DNA of 64,000 bases from an uncultured Chloroflexia bacterium (GCA_963751345.1 CAVVUS010000030.1:128001-192000), one strand, 5' to 3'; shown: positions 1-10,027, counted from the stretch's first letter. Notes: generated by a model from the sequence alone, not told the origin. A program made the numbers and translations.

Positions 1-675
1 TACGCAAACGCGGTGGCGATCCCGGTGCAGCTCACGCCGCTGGAGGAGAGAATCGTTCGGGCCGGCGTCACGATTTCTCTTTTCCGCAGGCGCGTGATCC
101 GGGAACTCACCCTCCATATAGACCATATTCATCGGGATCTCACTGGGGACCAGGCCTGGCTCAAGCTGCAATACGAGCCCGATTTCGAACCGGTACGACT
201 GCCGGGATCGGCCAATCAGATGGATTACCTCAGTGAACCGCAGGAAGAATCCCCTGTCGACATCGATGCGCTCTACGAGGCGTACCGGCAGCAATTCGCC
301 CTAAGGCGTCGCCACGAGATCGAGCGCGGGATGACCCTTGTAGGACCACACCGTGATGAGATGCGCTTCATCTCCAACGAACGGGATATGGGCATCTACG
401 GCTCACGGGGGCAGCAGCGTACGGCAGTGCTTGCCCTCCACCTGGCCGAACTGCAGTGGCTGAAGGAGATCAGTGGAGAGTCGCCGGTGCTATTGCTGGA
501 CGAGGTATTGGCGGAACTGGATCGTGCGCGCCGCGGGTATCTCCTGGAATTACTGGGGGGGGTCGAACAGACGATCCTCGCGACGACGGATGCCGAGATG
601 TTCCCGGAGAGCTTCCGCCGGCGAATGACGACCTTCCGAGTCGCCGAAGGCATTGTGACGCCGGTGGACTCTTAG
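1..675 (+). CDS. recF: DNA replication/repair protein RecF (3' part; 5' end lies outside the window)
   Basis: Translation has GPHRDE, GSRGQQRT and PVLLLDEVLAELD, the RecF C-terminal signature and Walker B motifs. Confidence 0.93.
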   Translation, partial: YANAVAIPVQLTPLEERIVRAGVTISLFRRRVIRELTLHIDHIHRDLTGDQAWLKLQYEPDFEPVRLPGSANQMDYLSEPQEESPVDIDALYEAYRQQFALRRRHEIERGMTLVGPHRDEMRFISNERDMGIYGSRGQQRTAVLALHLAELQWLKEISGESPVLLLDEVLAELDRARRGYLLELLGGVEQTILATTDAEMFPESFRRRMTTFRVAEGIVTPVDS

Positions 676-1523
676 GCCACCACCAGCTTGGCCAGCGGTT
701 CCACCGTCTCGGGATAGTCCGGTAGGGCGATCCCCTTACCGTCCAACCAGCTCCAACGGCCCGATAGACCCAGGACCTCTATCGCCATCATCATATTGGC
801 CATACAGGTGCCCGCATCGAAGTGGCGGTATTCCTGGAGCACCGGCTTGCTGCCATACCTGGCATTCTGCTTCTTGAGAAAGAGGTATAGCGCCTCGTCG
901 TGCCACAGAAAACGCCATGGCTGGACATTGTTGGCAGAAGGTGCGTGCCGACCGGCCTCAATCACCTTGGCCAGGTGCTTGGGAGGAGTGCCGGGCCTAT
1001 CGAACGAGCCATCGAAGAAGATCTCCTGGACGGACAGCTTTTTCGCGCCGCCGGACGTCCTGCGGATCACGGCGTTGATCGTTCTACCGGTAGCCGTCTC
1101 TGCGGCGCGCCCGAAGATCAGGAACGCGCCCGTACGTCCGCCACGGGCCAACCTGAAGCGCACGCGGACGTTATCCTCCCGCCCCATACTACCGATAAAA
1201 CACACACTGATGCCGAGCTGTACCATCTGCACGGCGATTTGTTCCATCCGGTAGCCCAGATCGACCAAGGGCATCCTGTCGCCCATCGCGTAGGCGACCA
1301 GGTAATGAGGAGGCGACAGGATCCTGCCATAGCCCCCCATCGCCGCGATGAGATCCTCACCACTGACGACGTCACGTCGCATCACGCGAAAACGGTTCTC
1401 AGGGACTAAGGGCTGAGCGTGGCGAATGATGTCATCAATCATCGCCAGCGCATCCTTATCCAACGGCTCATCTCTGTAGCGTCGCGTTGAGTGCCGGTTT
1501 AGGATTGCCTGGTATAGGTCCAT
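672..1523 (-). CDS. Nitroreductase-family protein (two-domain)
   Basis: N-terminal AILNRHSTRRY and second-domain APSANNVQPWRF are FMN-binding nitroreductase motifs. Confidence 0.85.
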   Translation of the reverse strand: MDLYQAILNRHSTRRYRDEPLDKDALAMIDDIIRHAQPLVPENRFRVMRRDVVSGEDLIAAMGGYGRILSPPHYLVAYAMGDRMPLVDLGYRMEQIAVQMVQLGISVCFIGSMGREDNVRVRFRLARGGRTGAFLIFGRAAETATGRTINAVIRRTSGGAKKLSVQEIFFDGSFDRPGTPPKHLAKVIEAGRHAPSANNVQPWRFLWHDEALYLFLKKQNARYGSKPVLQEYRHFDAGTCMANMMMAIEVLGLSGRWSWLDGKGIALPDYPETVEPLAKLVVA

Positions 1524-1556
1524 AGATCATCGCCCCTCATGCAGCAAATAAGTGCG

Positions 1557-1588
1557 AAAAAGACGCCGGCCTCTTAGGGCCGGCGTCT
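1557..1588 (-). terminator. Intrinsic terminator after rpsA-infA
   Basis: AGACGCCGGCC/GGCCGGCGTCT 11-bp stem followed by a T-tract on the - strand. Confidence 0.8.
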
Positions 1589-1618
1589 GACTTCACTCTG
1601 TGGCGCCAACGTGCGCTT

Positions 1619-1672
1619 TCGTCGTCCGAGACGCTCTCGTCGTCCGAGACGCTTACTCGTCGTCCGAGCCGC
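1619..1672 (+). repeat. Tandem 18-bp hairpin units TCGTCGTCCGAGACGC (x3), a variant of the dispersed ACGCCGTCCSAGGCGC family
   Basis: Units start at 1619, 1637 and 1657; the array overlaps the infA stop codon. Confidence 0.75.
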
Positions 1673-1904
1673 CGGCGCGCTGTTTCTTATGACGATAGAC
1701 GATACGTCCTCGAGTTAGATCGTAAGGGGAAAGCTCCACACGAACGCGATCGCCCAGAAGAATACGGATGTAGTACTTGCGCATCTTGCCGGACAGATAG
1801 GCGAGAACCTCATGGCCGGTCTCCAGCTTGACGCGAAATTGCGTGGCAGGGAGGGCTTCAACAACCGTTCCCTCGACTACTATCTTCTCTTCTTTGGTGG
1901 TCAT
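1653..1904 (-). CDS. infA: Translation initiation factor IF-1
   Basis: [19 protein letters not shown]...[35 protein letters not shown]. The true start is the ATG at 1904. Confidence 0.97.
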   Translation of the reverse strand: MTTKEEKIVVEGTVVEALPATQFRVKLETGHEVLAYLSGKMRKYYIRILLGDRVRVELSPYDLTRGRIVYRHKKQRAGGSDDE

Positions 1905-1914
1905 AACGCGGGCA

Positions 1915-3574
1915 CTAATCCTCTGGCTCTGCTTCGCCGCTCGAAAGCGACTCATCGGCAGAAGCGGCATCGTCGTCAGGCGCTTCGTCGTCAGGCATTT
2001 CGTCTTCAGACACTTCGTCGCCGGACGCCTCGTCCGCAGACACTTCGTCTTCAGGCGCTTCGTCTTCAGACGCCTCGTCTTCAGACGCCTCGTCCGCACT
2101 CGTCGTCGAACTCCTCGTCCTCGTCCATCTCCTCGACGTCGTCCTCTTCAATGAGGCCCTCGTCGTCACCGAAATCGTCGAAATCGAGATCGTCCTCAAC
2201 CGCGTCGTCTTCTTCCACTTCTGCGGCAGCGGCAGCTTCAGCTTCCTCTTGAATTTGGGTGAGCGCCCACTCTTCCCATTCGTCGGGGCGAACCTGCCGA
2301 ACGCTCAAGCCGATACGACGGCGATCCGGCTCGACTCGGATGATCTTTACAAGAATACTATCGCCCGTAGAAAGCTCTTCACGCTGCGCGATATCGCGCA
2401 ACTCGGAGTTGTGCAGCAGGCCCTCGACGCCAGGCTCAAGCTCGATAAAGACACCAAAGTCGACTACCTGTGTGACCTTGCCCTCGACAAGCCGCCCGAC
2501 CGTGTAGCGTTCGACCACGCTCTCCCACGGATCAGGCGTAAGCGCCTTGATACTCAGCGCAATCCTCTGTCGGTCATTGTCGACGTTCAGCACCTTGACC
2601 TTGACCCGCTGGCCCGCGTGGTAGATTTCCCCAGGGTTCTCAATTCGCCCCCAGGAGAGCTCGGAAATGTGCACCAGGCCATCCATACCGCCCAAGTTGA
2701 CGAACAGACCGAAGTCCGTAATCTGGCTAATCCGGCCACGGCGAACCTGACCGGCCTCAAGTTCCTCAAGCAACGACTGACGTCGAATCGTGCGCCATTC
2801 CTTCGCAGCAGCCCGCTGCGACAGAATCAGTCGGCGCCGGCGGCGATTGACTTCGATCACCTTAAGCATGATCTCCTCGTCAACCATCGCCTCCAAACGC
2901 CGCTGTCGCTCTGCGGGTTGACGGATGCGGTTGAAGCCAATCAACTGCGACATCGGGACGAAACCTCGCAGACGACCGAAGTCGACTGTTAGACCACCCC
3001 GGTTAGAGCCGTTAACGCGAGACTCGTAAACCTCCTGGCTCTCGAGAAGCTTCTCGGCAATCAGCCAGTCCTCCTGAAGCAAAGCCTGAGAGATGGAAAG
3101 CTCAACGTTGCCATCGGAATCCCGGAACTGGGCAATCACGACAGGGACTTCGTCCCCGACATTGAACTCCCTACCCACAACGTCCTGGATATCCTCGATC
3201 GGCACAAACCCGTCACGTTTTCCGCCGATGCTGACGACAAATCCATCGTTCCTGCGATACAGGATCGTCCCCTCGCGCAGCTCACCACGCTTCAGCGTGC
3301 TGCCGGAGAGAGATTCCTCAAGCTGGTCTTCCCAAGAAGCAGCCGAATCCATAGTTGGAGGGGCCGCGTCGGGGGATGCAGAGGTCTTGCCCGTGTCTGC
3401 AGGGGTCATTTCAGGCGAGGACGCGGATGTCTTTGCAGGCACCGCCGCCACCGGCGAAGATGATTCCGCTACAGCAGTCTCCGGCGCGGTCGACGTATCT
3501 TCCGCCTCGTCGGGCATCTCGGTCTGGGTTTCCACGGGCTCAGAAGGCACAGGGGTGTGATTCAATTCTTCCAC
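1915..3574 (-). CDS. rpsA: 30S ribosomal protein S1-like protein (4 S1 domains) with a long acidic tail; frameshift near 2098
   Basis: Repeated S1 motifs ([22 protein letters not shown]; [21 protein letters not shown]). GTG start with AGGAG RBS. The acidic DEASE repeats continue in the 1915..2199 frame. Confidence 0.85.
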
Positions 3575-3648
3575 ATGAACTCCTATTCCACTCAGTTTTG
3601 CAGAAATTCTGTATCGCGCAACTTAAGTGGGTCTAATAAACTCCAGAT

Positions 3649-3676
3649 ATTGTATCATACCTGAGCGCAAAGTCAA
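3649..3676 (-). promoter_or_regulatory. Sigma70-type promoter for rpsA-infA
   Basis: TTGACT-N16-TACAAT with a TG extended -10 on the - strand. Confidence 0.65.
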
Positions 3677-3690
3677 CATAAGTGCTACCA

Positions 3691-4524
3691 TCAACCGGCA
3701 GCAACAACAGCCTCTCCGCCATCGACAGGGATCACAGCGCCCGATATCCACGTCAGGCGCGGATCCGCGAGCGCCACCAAGGCTTGCGCAACGTCCTCAG
3801 GCTGCGTCAGCCTGCCTGCCGGATGGAATTGGTGAACCTGTTCCAGAATCGCTTCGTGCCCGGGGATGGCACGCAGCGCGGGCGTATCGGTGACCCCCGG
3901 CATCAGACAGTTCGCCACGATTCCGCGAGGTGCCAACTCTACCGCAAGCTGGCGAACATGCGCCTCCAGGGCTGCCTTTGCCGCCGACACCGGCCCGTAG
4001 TGCGATGAAACGCGCTGCGACCCGATGCTGGTCATCGCGTAGATCCGGCTGCCGCGCCGCAGTAGGTTGGCCGCGATGAGATCCTGCGTCCAGTAAACCA
4101 GACTGTGCGCCATCACCCGCAGCGTCATCTCCATCTGGCTCTCGTCAACTGCCGTGCCAGGATCCTCGGCGATATACGGGCGGAGGCTCCCAAACGCGAG
4201 CGTGTGCACGAGCATATGGATACTGCCCACCGGATCCGACGACAATGCCTCGCCGACGCTCGCGATCACGCGGGCCCGTCGCCTCGGGTCAGCAGCATTC
4301 GTATTGAAGAACAGCGCCTGCCGTCCGGCGGTCTCGATGTCGGCGACCACCGCCTCGGCTCGCTCAAGCGTCCGGCGGGGATCGAGATGGATGCCGATGA
4401 TGTGCATACCCTCCCGGGCCAGGGCCCTGGCCGCGGCCGCGCCGAACCCACTGGAGGCGCCCAGGATCAGAGCCCAGCGCCCTGTCAGAGAGCCACTCCA
4501 CGCGTTCCATAGGCCCCCCAACAC
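3691..4524 (-). CDS. SDR oxidoreductase, FabL-like enoyl-ACP reductase
   Basis: GASSGFG Rossmann motif, YGPVSAAK (Y-x6-K) catalytic motif, PGVTDTPAL. Confidence 0.8.
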   Translation of the reverse strand: MLGGLWNAWSGSLTGRWALILGASSGFGAAAARALAREGMHIIGIHLDPRRTLERAEAVVADIETAGRQALFFNTNAADPRRRARVIASVGEALSSDPVGSIHMLVHTLAFGSLRPYIAEDPGTAVDESQMEMTLRVMAHSLVYWTQDLIAANLLRRGSRIYAMTSIGSQRVSSHYGPVSAAKAALEAHVRQLAVELAPRGIVANCLMPGVTDTPALRAIPGHEAILEQVHQFHPAGRLTQPEDVAQALVALADPRLTWISGAVIPVDGGEAVVAAG

Positions 4525-4973
4525 TAGTCGTCGAAATCCGAGCCACTGTAGAAGTCCTCACCCCCGCCCGGACCCATCCCGCCTCCGGGACCCCCACCTT
4601 CACCCATCAGGTCGGGTAATTCCTTCTCGATATCCTCGGGGTTTTGGCCCGCCTCGAGGCGGTCGACGACTTCCTCGAATTCCGGCCCCATCTCGCCGGC
4701 TTCATCACCCATTTCGTTCATCATCTTGCGCATAAATCGCCCCATACTCTTGGGATCGTTCTCGTCGAAGTCACCCCAAGCAGTAGGATCGGCCATATCT
4801 TCCAGGCGACTATCTTCGGACCTAACCACGCGCACGCGGGAGACCAGGCGCCGGACCTCCTCACTCCCGCATCGCTTGCACTTTATCTTGTTCTCTTCAA
4901 CGTCCGAAAAGGAGCGCCAGAACACCGAGAAGCGGCGACCGCAATCGGCGCAACGGTATTCATAGATCGGCAT
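4524..4973 (-). CDS. FmdB-family zinc-ribbon protein
   Basis: MPIYEYRCADC...CKRCGS zinc ribbon and an acidic/Gly-rich tail. Confidence 0.85.
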   Translation of the reverse strand: MPIYEYRCADCGRRFSVFWRSFSDVEENKIKCKRCGSEEVRRLVSRVRVVRSEDSRLEDMADPTAWGDFDENDPKSMGRFMRKMMNEMGDEAGEMGPEFEEVVDRLEAGQNPEDIEKELPDLMGEGGGPGGGMGPGGGEDFYSGSDFDD

Positions 4974-5005
4974 CTTTCCTCTCCTTATTCAATTGTGGTA
5001 TAGTA

Positions 5006-5180
5006 AGACCTGCTCACGGGATTTGTGAATCACGAGAGCGACGGACCGATGTTCTGACCGCCTCCCTATTCCAAACCCGCAATCGGCAATCGAAGATGCA
5101 GACTTATCCGAGCGTCACTCAAGGGCCAACGAGCCCTCAAAACACAACTCGGCCAGGTCTGAAACGCGATCTAGCCAGAG
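5006..5180 (-). ncRNA. Candidate structured RNA (6S-like rod or long leader) upstream of the FmdB gene
   Basis: Nested complementary segments (AGACCTG/CAGGTCT, TTGTG/CACAA, GAGTGACG/CGTCGCTC) downstream of a promoter. No ORF in the track. Confidence 0.35.
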
Positions 5181-5187
5181 CGAGGTC

Positions 5188-5216
5188 ATTATACCGGGAA
5201 TGGCGGCTGGGAGCAA
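5188..5216 (-). promoter_or_regulatory. Sigma70-type promoter
   Basis: TTGCTC-N17-TATAAT on the - strand. Confidence 0.65.
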
Positions 5217-5220
5217 ATAA

Positions 5221-5853
5221 ATGAGCCACGACATCGCTATCGATCCCTACCATCCGAAGGCTTCGCCCCTACTCGTCGTCATTTCCGGCCCCTCCGGGGT
5301 GGGTAAGGACAGCTTGGTTGAGTGGATGAAGACCCGCGGGGCGCAATTCCACTTCGTGGTGACCGCCACCTCCCGCCCACCGCGGCCTAGCGAAGTGCAC
5401 GGGGTGGATTATCTCTTCGTCTCGCAGGAAGTCTTTGAGGCAATGATTGAAGCTGACGAACTACTGGAGTATGCCGTTGTCTACGGGCAGTACAAGGGCA
5501 TTCCAAAGGAACAGGTACGCGAGGCATTGGCAAGCGGGCAGGACGTCGTCATGCGGCTCGATGTCCAGGGGGCTGCTACGATCCGGCGTCTCATTCCGGA
5601 GGCCATCCTCATCTTCCTGAGCGCGTCATCAGAAGGGGAGCTGGTCGAACGGTTGCGGAAGCGCAGGACCGAATCCGACTCGCAGCTCCAGCGACGCATT
5701 GAGACCGCCCGACAGGAAATGGGACATATTACTGACTTCGACTACGTTGTCATCAACCGCGAGTGCGAGCTCGACCGGGCTGTCGACCAGGTCCTCAATA
5801 TCATTGACGCGGAGCACCATCGCGTGATCCCGAGGCGGGTCTCGCTGTCATGA
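5221..5853 (+). CDS. gmk: Guanylate kinase
   Basis: SGPSGVGKD P-loop, TSRPPRPSEVHGVDYLF, YGQYKG. Confidence 0.95.
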   Translation: MSHDIAIDPYHPKASPLLVVISGPSGVGKDSLVEWMKTRGAQFHFVVTATSRPPRPSEVHGVDYLFVSQEVFEAMIEADELLEYAVVYGQYKGIPKEQVREALASGQDVVMRLDVQGAATIRRLIPEAILIFLSASSEGELVERLRKRRTESDSQLQRRIETARQEMGHITDFDYVVINRECELDRAVDQVLNIIDAEHHRVIPRRVSLS

Positions 5854-6665
5854 CCCCTGAACATGAGCTGTATCCGCCGACCAGCCCCCCTCCACAGCGG
5901 TTGCGACTGCCGAGCTTTCCCGGCAGCCGCCGGTCTGCCACCGCCCGCCGGCCCGGCGCCGTGGCGACCTACGTACTGATCGGGTTCAATGTGCTGGTGT
6001 TCCTCGCTGACTATGCCCTTGGCCGCGCCGTCACGGCCTATGGGGCGCTGGTCCCTCGCCTGGTGTTGCAGTATGGGCAGTGGTGGCGGCTCATCGCGGC
6101 AGCTTTTCTACACGCGAATATCATCCACATTAGCCTCAATCTCTACGCCCTCTATGGATTGGGACGGCTGACAGAGCGCTTCTTTGGCCTGAAACGGTTC
6201 CTGATCATCTATGGCCTCGCGCTCTTGGGATCCGGTGTCCTGGTCACGCTATTCTCGCCGATGAATACCCCGTCGGTGGGCGCCTCCGGCGCCATCATGG
6301 GTGTGCTCGGCGCTCTCGTCGTCTACTTCTGGTTCTACCGGGACCTTCTTGTCGGAGGTCGAGGCTTCCTGGGACAACTGGCGCGAATGGCACTGATCAA
6401 CATCGGGATAGGACTGCTGCCTGGCATCAGTTTGTGGGGACACCTTGGAGGCTTTGTGACCGGCGCGGTAGCCGGTTTCGTCTTGGTCCCCCGGTATGTC
6501 TTGTTGGATGCCACGAACCTGCAAGAGGCCGATCGACCTGCGGACGGCTCGCCCGGCGGAAGCCTGGCTGTCCGGGCACTGCACGTGCGCGCATGGCTAG
6601 GCATCTTGCTGGTGGGCGCCGGGGAGCTGGGGCTGCTCGCACTCGCTTTCCAGATACGGGGATAG
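5850..6665 (+). CDS. Rhomboid-family intramembrane serine protease
   Basis: WWRL..FLH, GASG (catalytic Ser), GHLGG (catalytic His). Confidence 0.92.
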   Translation: MTPEHELYPPTSPPPQRLRLPSFPGSRRSATARRPGAVATYVLIGFNVLVFLADYALGRAVTAYGALVPRLVLQYGQWWRLIAAAFLHANIIHISLNLYALYGLGRLTERFFGLKRFLIIYGLALLGSGVLVTLFSPMNTPSVGASGAIMGVLGALVVYFWFYRDLLVGGRGFLGQLARMALINIGIGLLPGISLWGHLGGFVTGAVAGFVLVPRYVLLDATNLQEADRPADGSPGGSLAVRALHVRAWLGILLVGAGELGLLALAFQIRG

Positions 6666-6671
6666 CTGTCA

Positions 6672-6881
6672 ATGCCCGGGCCTATAGAGCTGCGAATTGG
6701 GGACCTCGTGGAGCTGCGTAAGGCCCATCCCTGTGGTGGGAACACGTGGAGGGTCCTGCGGGTCGGGCTGGATATCGGGATAGAATGTACAACATGTCGA
6801 CGGTATGTCTTGGTGCCGCGACATCGGTTTGAGGGCAGGATCAAGCGTTTTGTTGAAAGAGGAGAACGTTCTGACGTCTGA
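6672..6881 (+). CDS. DUF951-family small zinc-binding protein
   Basis: GDLVELRKAHPCGGNTW...GLDIGIECTTCRR pattern. Confidence 0.85.
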   Translation: MPGPIELRIGDLVELRKAHPCGGNTWRVLRVGLDIGIECTTCRRYVLVPRHRFEGRIKRFVERGERSDV

Positions 6882-6905
6882 ACGTATTAGCGTGACAACG
6901 TTCCG
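6866..6905. repeat. 8-bp-period ACGT array (5 units)
   Basis: acgttctg acgtctga acgtatta gcgtgaca acgttccg. Confidence 0.7.
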
Positions 6906-6915
6906 AGGAGAATCA

Positions 6916-8136
6916 ATGAGACGATTCCTTTTTCTGTTCTCCGATACCGGCGGGGGACACCGTGCCGCTGCCCAGGCCGTCAAGGACGAGATGGAACGCC
7001 TCTACGGGGCAGGTGCTGAGATCGACATGGTCGATGTCTTCGTCGAGCTTGGCCGGTGGCCCTTTCGCCGCTTCCCGGATTGGTACCCTACCTGTGTCGC
7101 CCTCAGCGGAATCCCCTGGGGCGTGGGATTCCACCTCTCCGACGGTGTCAAACTTATGCAGACCATGTCCAAGATCGTCTGGCCCTATGCCCGCACACCT
7201 ATGTGCAGCCTCCTGCGGCATCATCCCGCGGATGTCATTGCCTCCTTCCATCCGATCCCAAACTATGCACTCTTCCTGGGGCTGCGACAGATGGGGTGGC
7301 AGACCCCGGTGGCCGTTGTGGCTCTCGACCTCGTTACCACTCACGCTGGTTGGTTCGTGCCGGGGGCTGAGGCCTACCTCGTGCCCACCTACGCCGCAAA
7401 GGCACGCGCGCTCCGCTGGGGCGTCCCCCAGGAGCGCGTCCGTGTGAGGGGAATGCCCACCCGCCACGCCTTCCTCTCTGCGATGAACCTACAGAAATCG
7501 GAGGCGCGGGCACGTCTGGGGCTGCCCCAGGACAAGGACATCGTTCTTGTTGTAGGCGGCGGTGAGGGGATGGGCCCCATAGCACCGGTCGTGCGGGCCA
7601 TTGCTCGCCTTCCGCGACGTCCCCCTCCCTACACCGTCGTCATCACCGGCAAGAACCATGCTCTCTACGAGGAACTCACCCAGCTTGGTCTGCCCGCGTC
7701 GATCAGGATCGAGGGCTTTGTCGGCGATATGGAAGTCTGGATGCGTGCAGCCGACCTCCTGGTGACCAAGGCCGGGCCGAACTCGTTAGCTGAGGCCTTT
7801 ATCGTCGGCTTGCCGGTCGTGCTCTATGCCGCTCTCCCCGGTCAGGAAGAGGGCAACGTAAGCCACGTCGTCGAAAACGGCGCCGGCGTTTTCGCGCCCT
7901 TTCCGAAACAGGCCGCACGGGCGGTTGCGCGGCTGCTCGACCGGCCCGAGGAGCGCCTGGCCATGGCCAAACGCTCACGAGCCCTGGGGCGCCCTCTGGC
8001 CTCGGAACAGATCGCCCGCGACCTGTGGGAAATGGCCACCCGAAAGAGCTACGTCCACCGCCCATTCAGGGTGACGGCTGAGATGAGCACAGATGGCGAA
8101 CGGACGTGGCGCAACACAGACGCAGGGGATCTCTAA
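6916..8136 (+). CDS. MGDG synthase/UgtP-like diacylglycerol glycosyltransferase (GT28)
   Basis: SDTGGGHRAAA, VGGGEGMG, TKAGPNSLAEA, PGQEEGN. The ATG at 6916 follows GAGGAG. Confidence 0.88.
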   Translation: MRRFLFLFSDTGGGHRAAAQAVKDEMERLYGAGAEIDMVDVFVELGRWPFRRFPDWYPTCVALSGIPWGVGFHLSDGVKLMQTMSKIVWPYARTPMCSLLRHHPADVIASFHPIPNYALFLGLRQMGWQTPVAVVALDLVTTHAGWFVPGAEAYLVPTYAAKARALRWGVPQERVRVRGMPTRHAFLSAMNLQKSEARARLGLPQDKDIVLVVGGGEGMGPIAPVVRAIARLPRRPPPYTVVITGKNHALYEELTQLGLPASIRIEGFVGDMEVWMRAADLLVTKAGPNSLAEAFIVGLPVVLYAALPGQEEGNVSHVVENGAGVFAPFPKQAARAVARLLDRPEERLAMAKRSRALGRPLASEQIARDLWEMATRKSYVHRPFRVTAEMSTDGERTWRNTDAGDL

Positions 8137-8139
8137 CTT

Positions 8140-9141
8140 ATGGATTCCCTGATTCGACGCTTCGTCGACCACCTCAGATTCGAGCGAGGTTACTCACCGA
8201 ACACCCTGGCGGCCTACGAACGTGATTTGCGGCAATTTCAGGCATACCTTTTCCACGCATCCGTGCTTCCTCTACCTCCTGAGGCATATCCCGAGCAAAG
8301 TCGGGGGAAGGGCCTGGGAGGGGACACAGACACCTGGCTCGCCGCGCTGAAGCCCGGCCACTTGGACGACTTTGTCACCTCGCTGCAGGAGGAGGGCTAC
8401 AAATCCGCGACGGTGGCCCGGAAGATTGCGGCGACCCGCGCATTCCTCAAGTTCCTCTACACGGAGGGTCTCACCGGACCTGAACTGCTCGATTGGCTGC
8501 ACCAGCCGAAAACGGAGAAACGGCTGCCCAAGGCCCTGACGCAGGATCAGGTCACCCGCTTGCTCGATGCGACTGCCGTAGAGGACACACCCTTGGCCCT
8601 TCGCGACCGAGCCCTCCTGGAGACGCTCTATGCAACCGGCATGCGAGCGTCAGAGATCATCAGCGTCCTGACCAGGGATGTAGACTTCGAGGCCGGGACC
8701 GTTCGCTGTTTCGGGAAGGGAAGCAAGGAGCGCATCATCCCCTTGCACGCCAAGGCTTGCAGGATCCTGGCCGCCTATATCGAGAAAGGACGGCCCTTTC
8801 TGCTTCGCGACATCGGTGAGCAGACGCTTTTTGTCAGCAACCTGGGGCAACCCCTGACGCGTCAGGGGTTGTGGTTTCTGGTCCAGCACTACGTCGAAGC
8901 CGCCGGACTCGCATCCTGGATCACGCCGCACTCATTGCGCCACACCTTTGCCACGCACCTGTTGGAAGGCGGCGCGGAACTGAGGGAAGTTCAGCAGCTA
9001 TTGGGACACGCCAGTATCACCACCACCCAGATCTACACAGAGGTTTCGAGTCGCCGCAAGCGCGAGGCCTACAACCATGCACATCCGCGGGCGCAGTACA
9101 ACAAGGAGCGCGACGATGGAAACGTTCGTCACGATGGATGA
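8140..9141 (+). CDS. xerD: Tyrosine recombinase XerD-like
   Basis: LYATGMRASE, GKGSKER, HSLRHTFATHLL, LLGHASITTTQIY catalytic R-K-H-R-H-Y set; adjacent to punA. Confidence 0.85.
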   Translation: MDSLIRRFVDHLRFERGYSPNTLAAYERDLRQFQAYLFHASVLPLPPEAYPEQSRGKGLGGDTDTWLAALKPGHLDDFVTSLQEEGYKSATVARKIAATRAFLKFLYTEGLTGPELLDWLHQPKTEKRLPKALTQDQVTRLLDATAVEDTPLALRDRALLETLYATGMRASEIISVLTRDVDFEAGTVRCFGKGSKERIIPLHAKACRILAAYIEKGRPFLLRDIGEQTLFVSNLGQPLTRQGLWFLVQHYVEAAGLASWITPHSLRHTFATHLLEGGAELREVQQLLGHASITTTQIYTEVSSRRKREAYNHAHPRAQYNKERDDGNVRHDG

Positions 9142-10024
9142 CCTGCAGGAAGCCGTATCGGCTATCCGCAAGCAGACGGACCTGGTACCGCGGGTAGGGC
9201 TGATCCTTGGATCGGGACTCAATCCTCTGGCTAACGCCGTCCGAGGCGCTACCGCCGTCCGAGGCGCTTCCCCCTCCCCGGCCCTCCCCCAAGAGGGGAG
9301 GGAGGACCCGGTGCGGATCGACTTCGACCGCATCCCTCACTTCCCCGTCTCCACCGTGCAGGGGCACCAGGGCAAGCTCATCCTCGGTGCCCTGGAGGGA
9401 CAGCCTGTGATCGTGATGCAAGGGCGCACGCACTACTACGAGGGCTACAGCATGGGCCAGATCGGACTCCCGGTGCGTGTGATGGCCCTATTGGGAGCCA
9501 AAACACTCATCGTCACCAATGCAGCCGGTGGGCTCAACATGGCCTATCGCCCCGGCGAGGTGATGATCATCCGGGACCACATCAACCTGCTCGGCATGGC
9601 GGGGCCAAACCCGCTGCGTGGGCCTAACCTCGACCATTTCGGACCACGCTTTCCCAACATGAACGACGCTTACGATCCGGAACTCCGCGAGGCAGCCAGA
9701 CAGATCGCCCTTGAGGCAAAGATCCCGATTCAGCAGGGCGTCTATATCTGTCTGGCAGGACCGAACTTCGAGACTCCCGCGGACGTACGCTTCCTTCGCG
9801 CTATTGGGGCCGACGCGGTCGGTATGTCCACGGTTCCCGAGGTGATCACGGCGCGCCACAGCGGCATGCGGGTGTTGGGACTCTCCGGCATCACCAACAC
9901 ACTCTCGGGTGAAGAGGGCGGCGCAGGGCCGGATCACGAGGAAGTCATCGAGGCCGGACAGACCTTGGTGCCGCGACTGGAGACGATTGTACGGGGCATC
10001 CTTCGAAAGCAGATTGCTGCCTGA
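9116..10024 (+). CDS. punA: Purine nucleoside phosphorylase with a ~20-aa repeat-derived insertion
   Basis: LGSGL, GHQG, GRTHYYEG, TNAAGG, GPNFETPA, VGMSTVPE, ITN. Confidence 0.93.
   Translation: METFVTMDDLQEAVSAIRKQTDLVPRVGLILGSGLNPLANAVRGATAVRGASPSPALPQEGREDPVRIDFDRIPHFPVSTVQGHQGKLILGALEGQPVIVMQGRTHYYEGYSMGQIGLPVRVMALLGAKTLIVTNAAGGLNMAYRPGEVMIIRDHINLLGMAGPNPLRGPNLDHFGPRFPNMNDAYDPELREAARQIALEAKIPIQQGVYICLAGPNFETPADVRFLRAIGADAVGMSTVPEVITARHSGMRVLGLSGITNTLSGEEGGAGPDHEEVIEAGQTLVPRLETIVRGILRKQIAA
9234..9305 (+). repeat. Two 18-bp hairpin units plus a GC-rich palindrome, in frame inside punA
   Basis: acgccgtccgaggcgcta ccgccgtccgaggcgctt, then cccctccccggccctcccccaagaggggagggag. Confidence 0.8.
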
Positions 10025-10027
10025 CCT

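Noticed and set aside
1653-2099. IF-1 with a long Arg/Lys-rich N-terminal extension
   Set aside because: The extension is an alternative-frame reading of the acidic S1 tail repeats; IF-1 homology begins at the ATG at 1904.
8140-9141. Tyrosine recombinase as a phage or integron integrase
   Set aside because: It has XerD-like motifs, sits in a housekeeping operon next to punA, and has no att sites or cargo genes.
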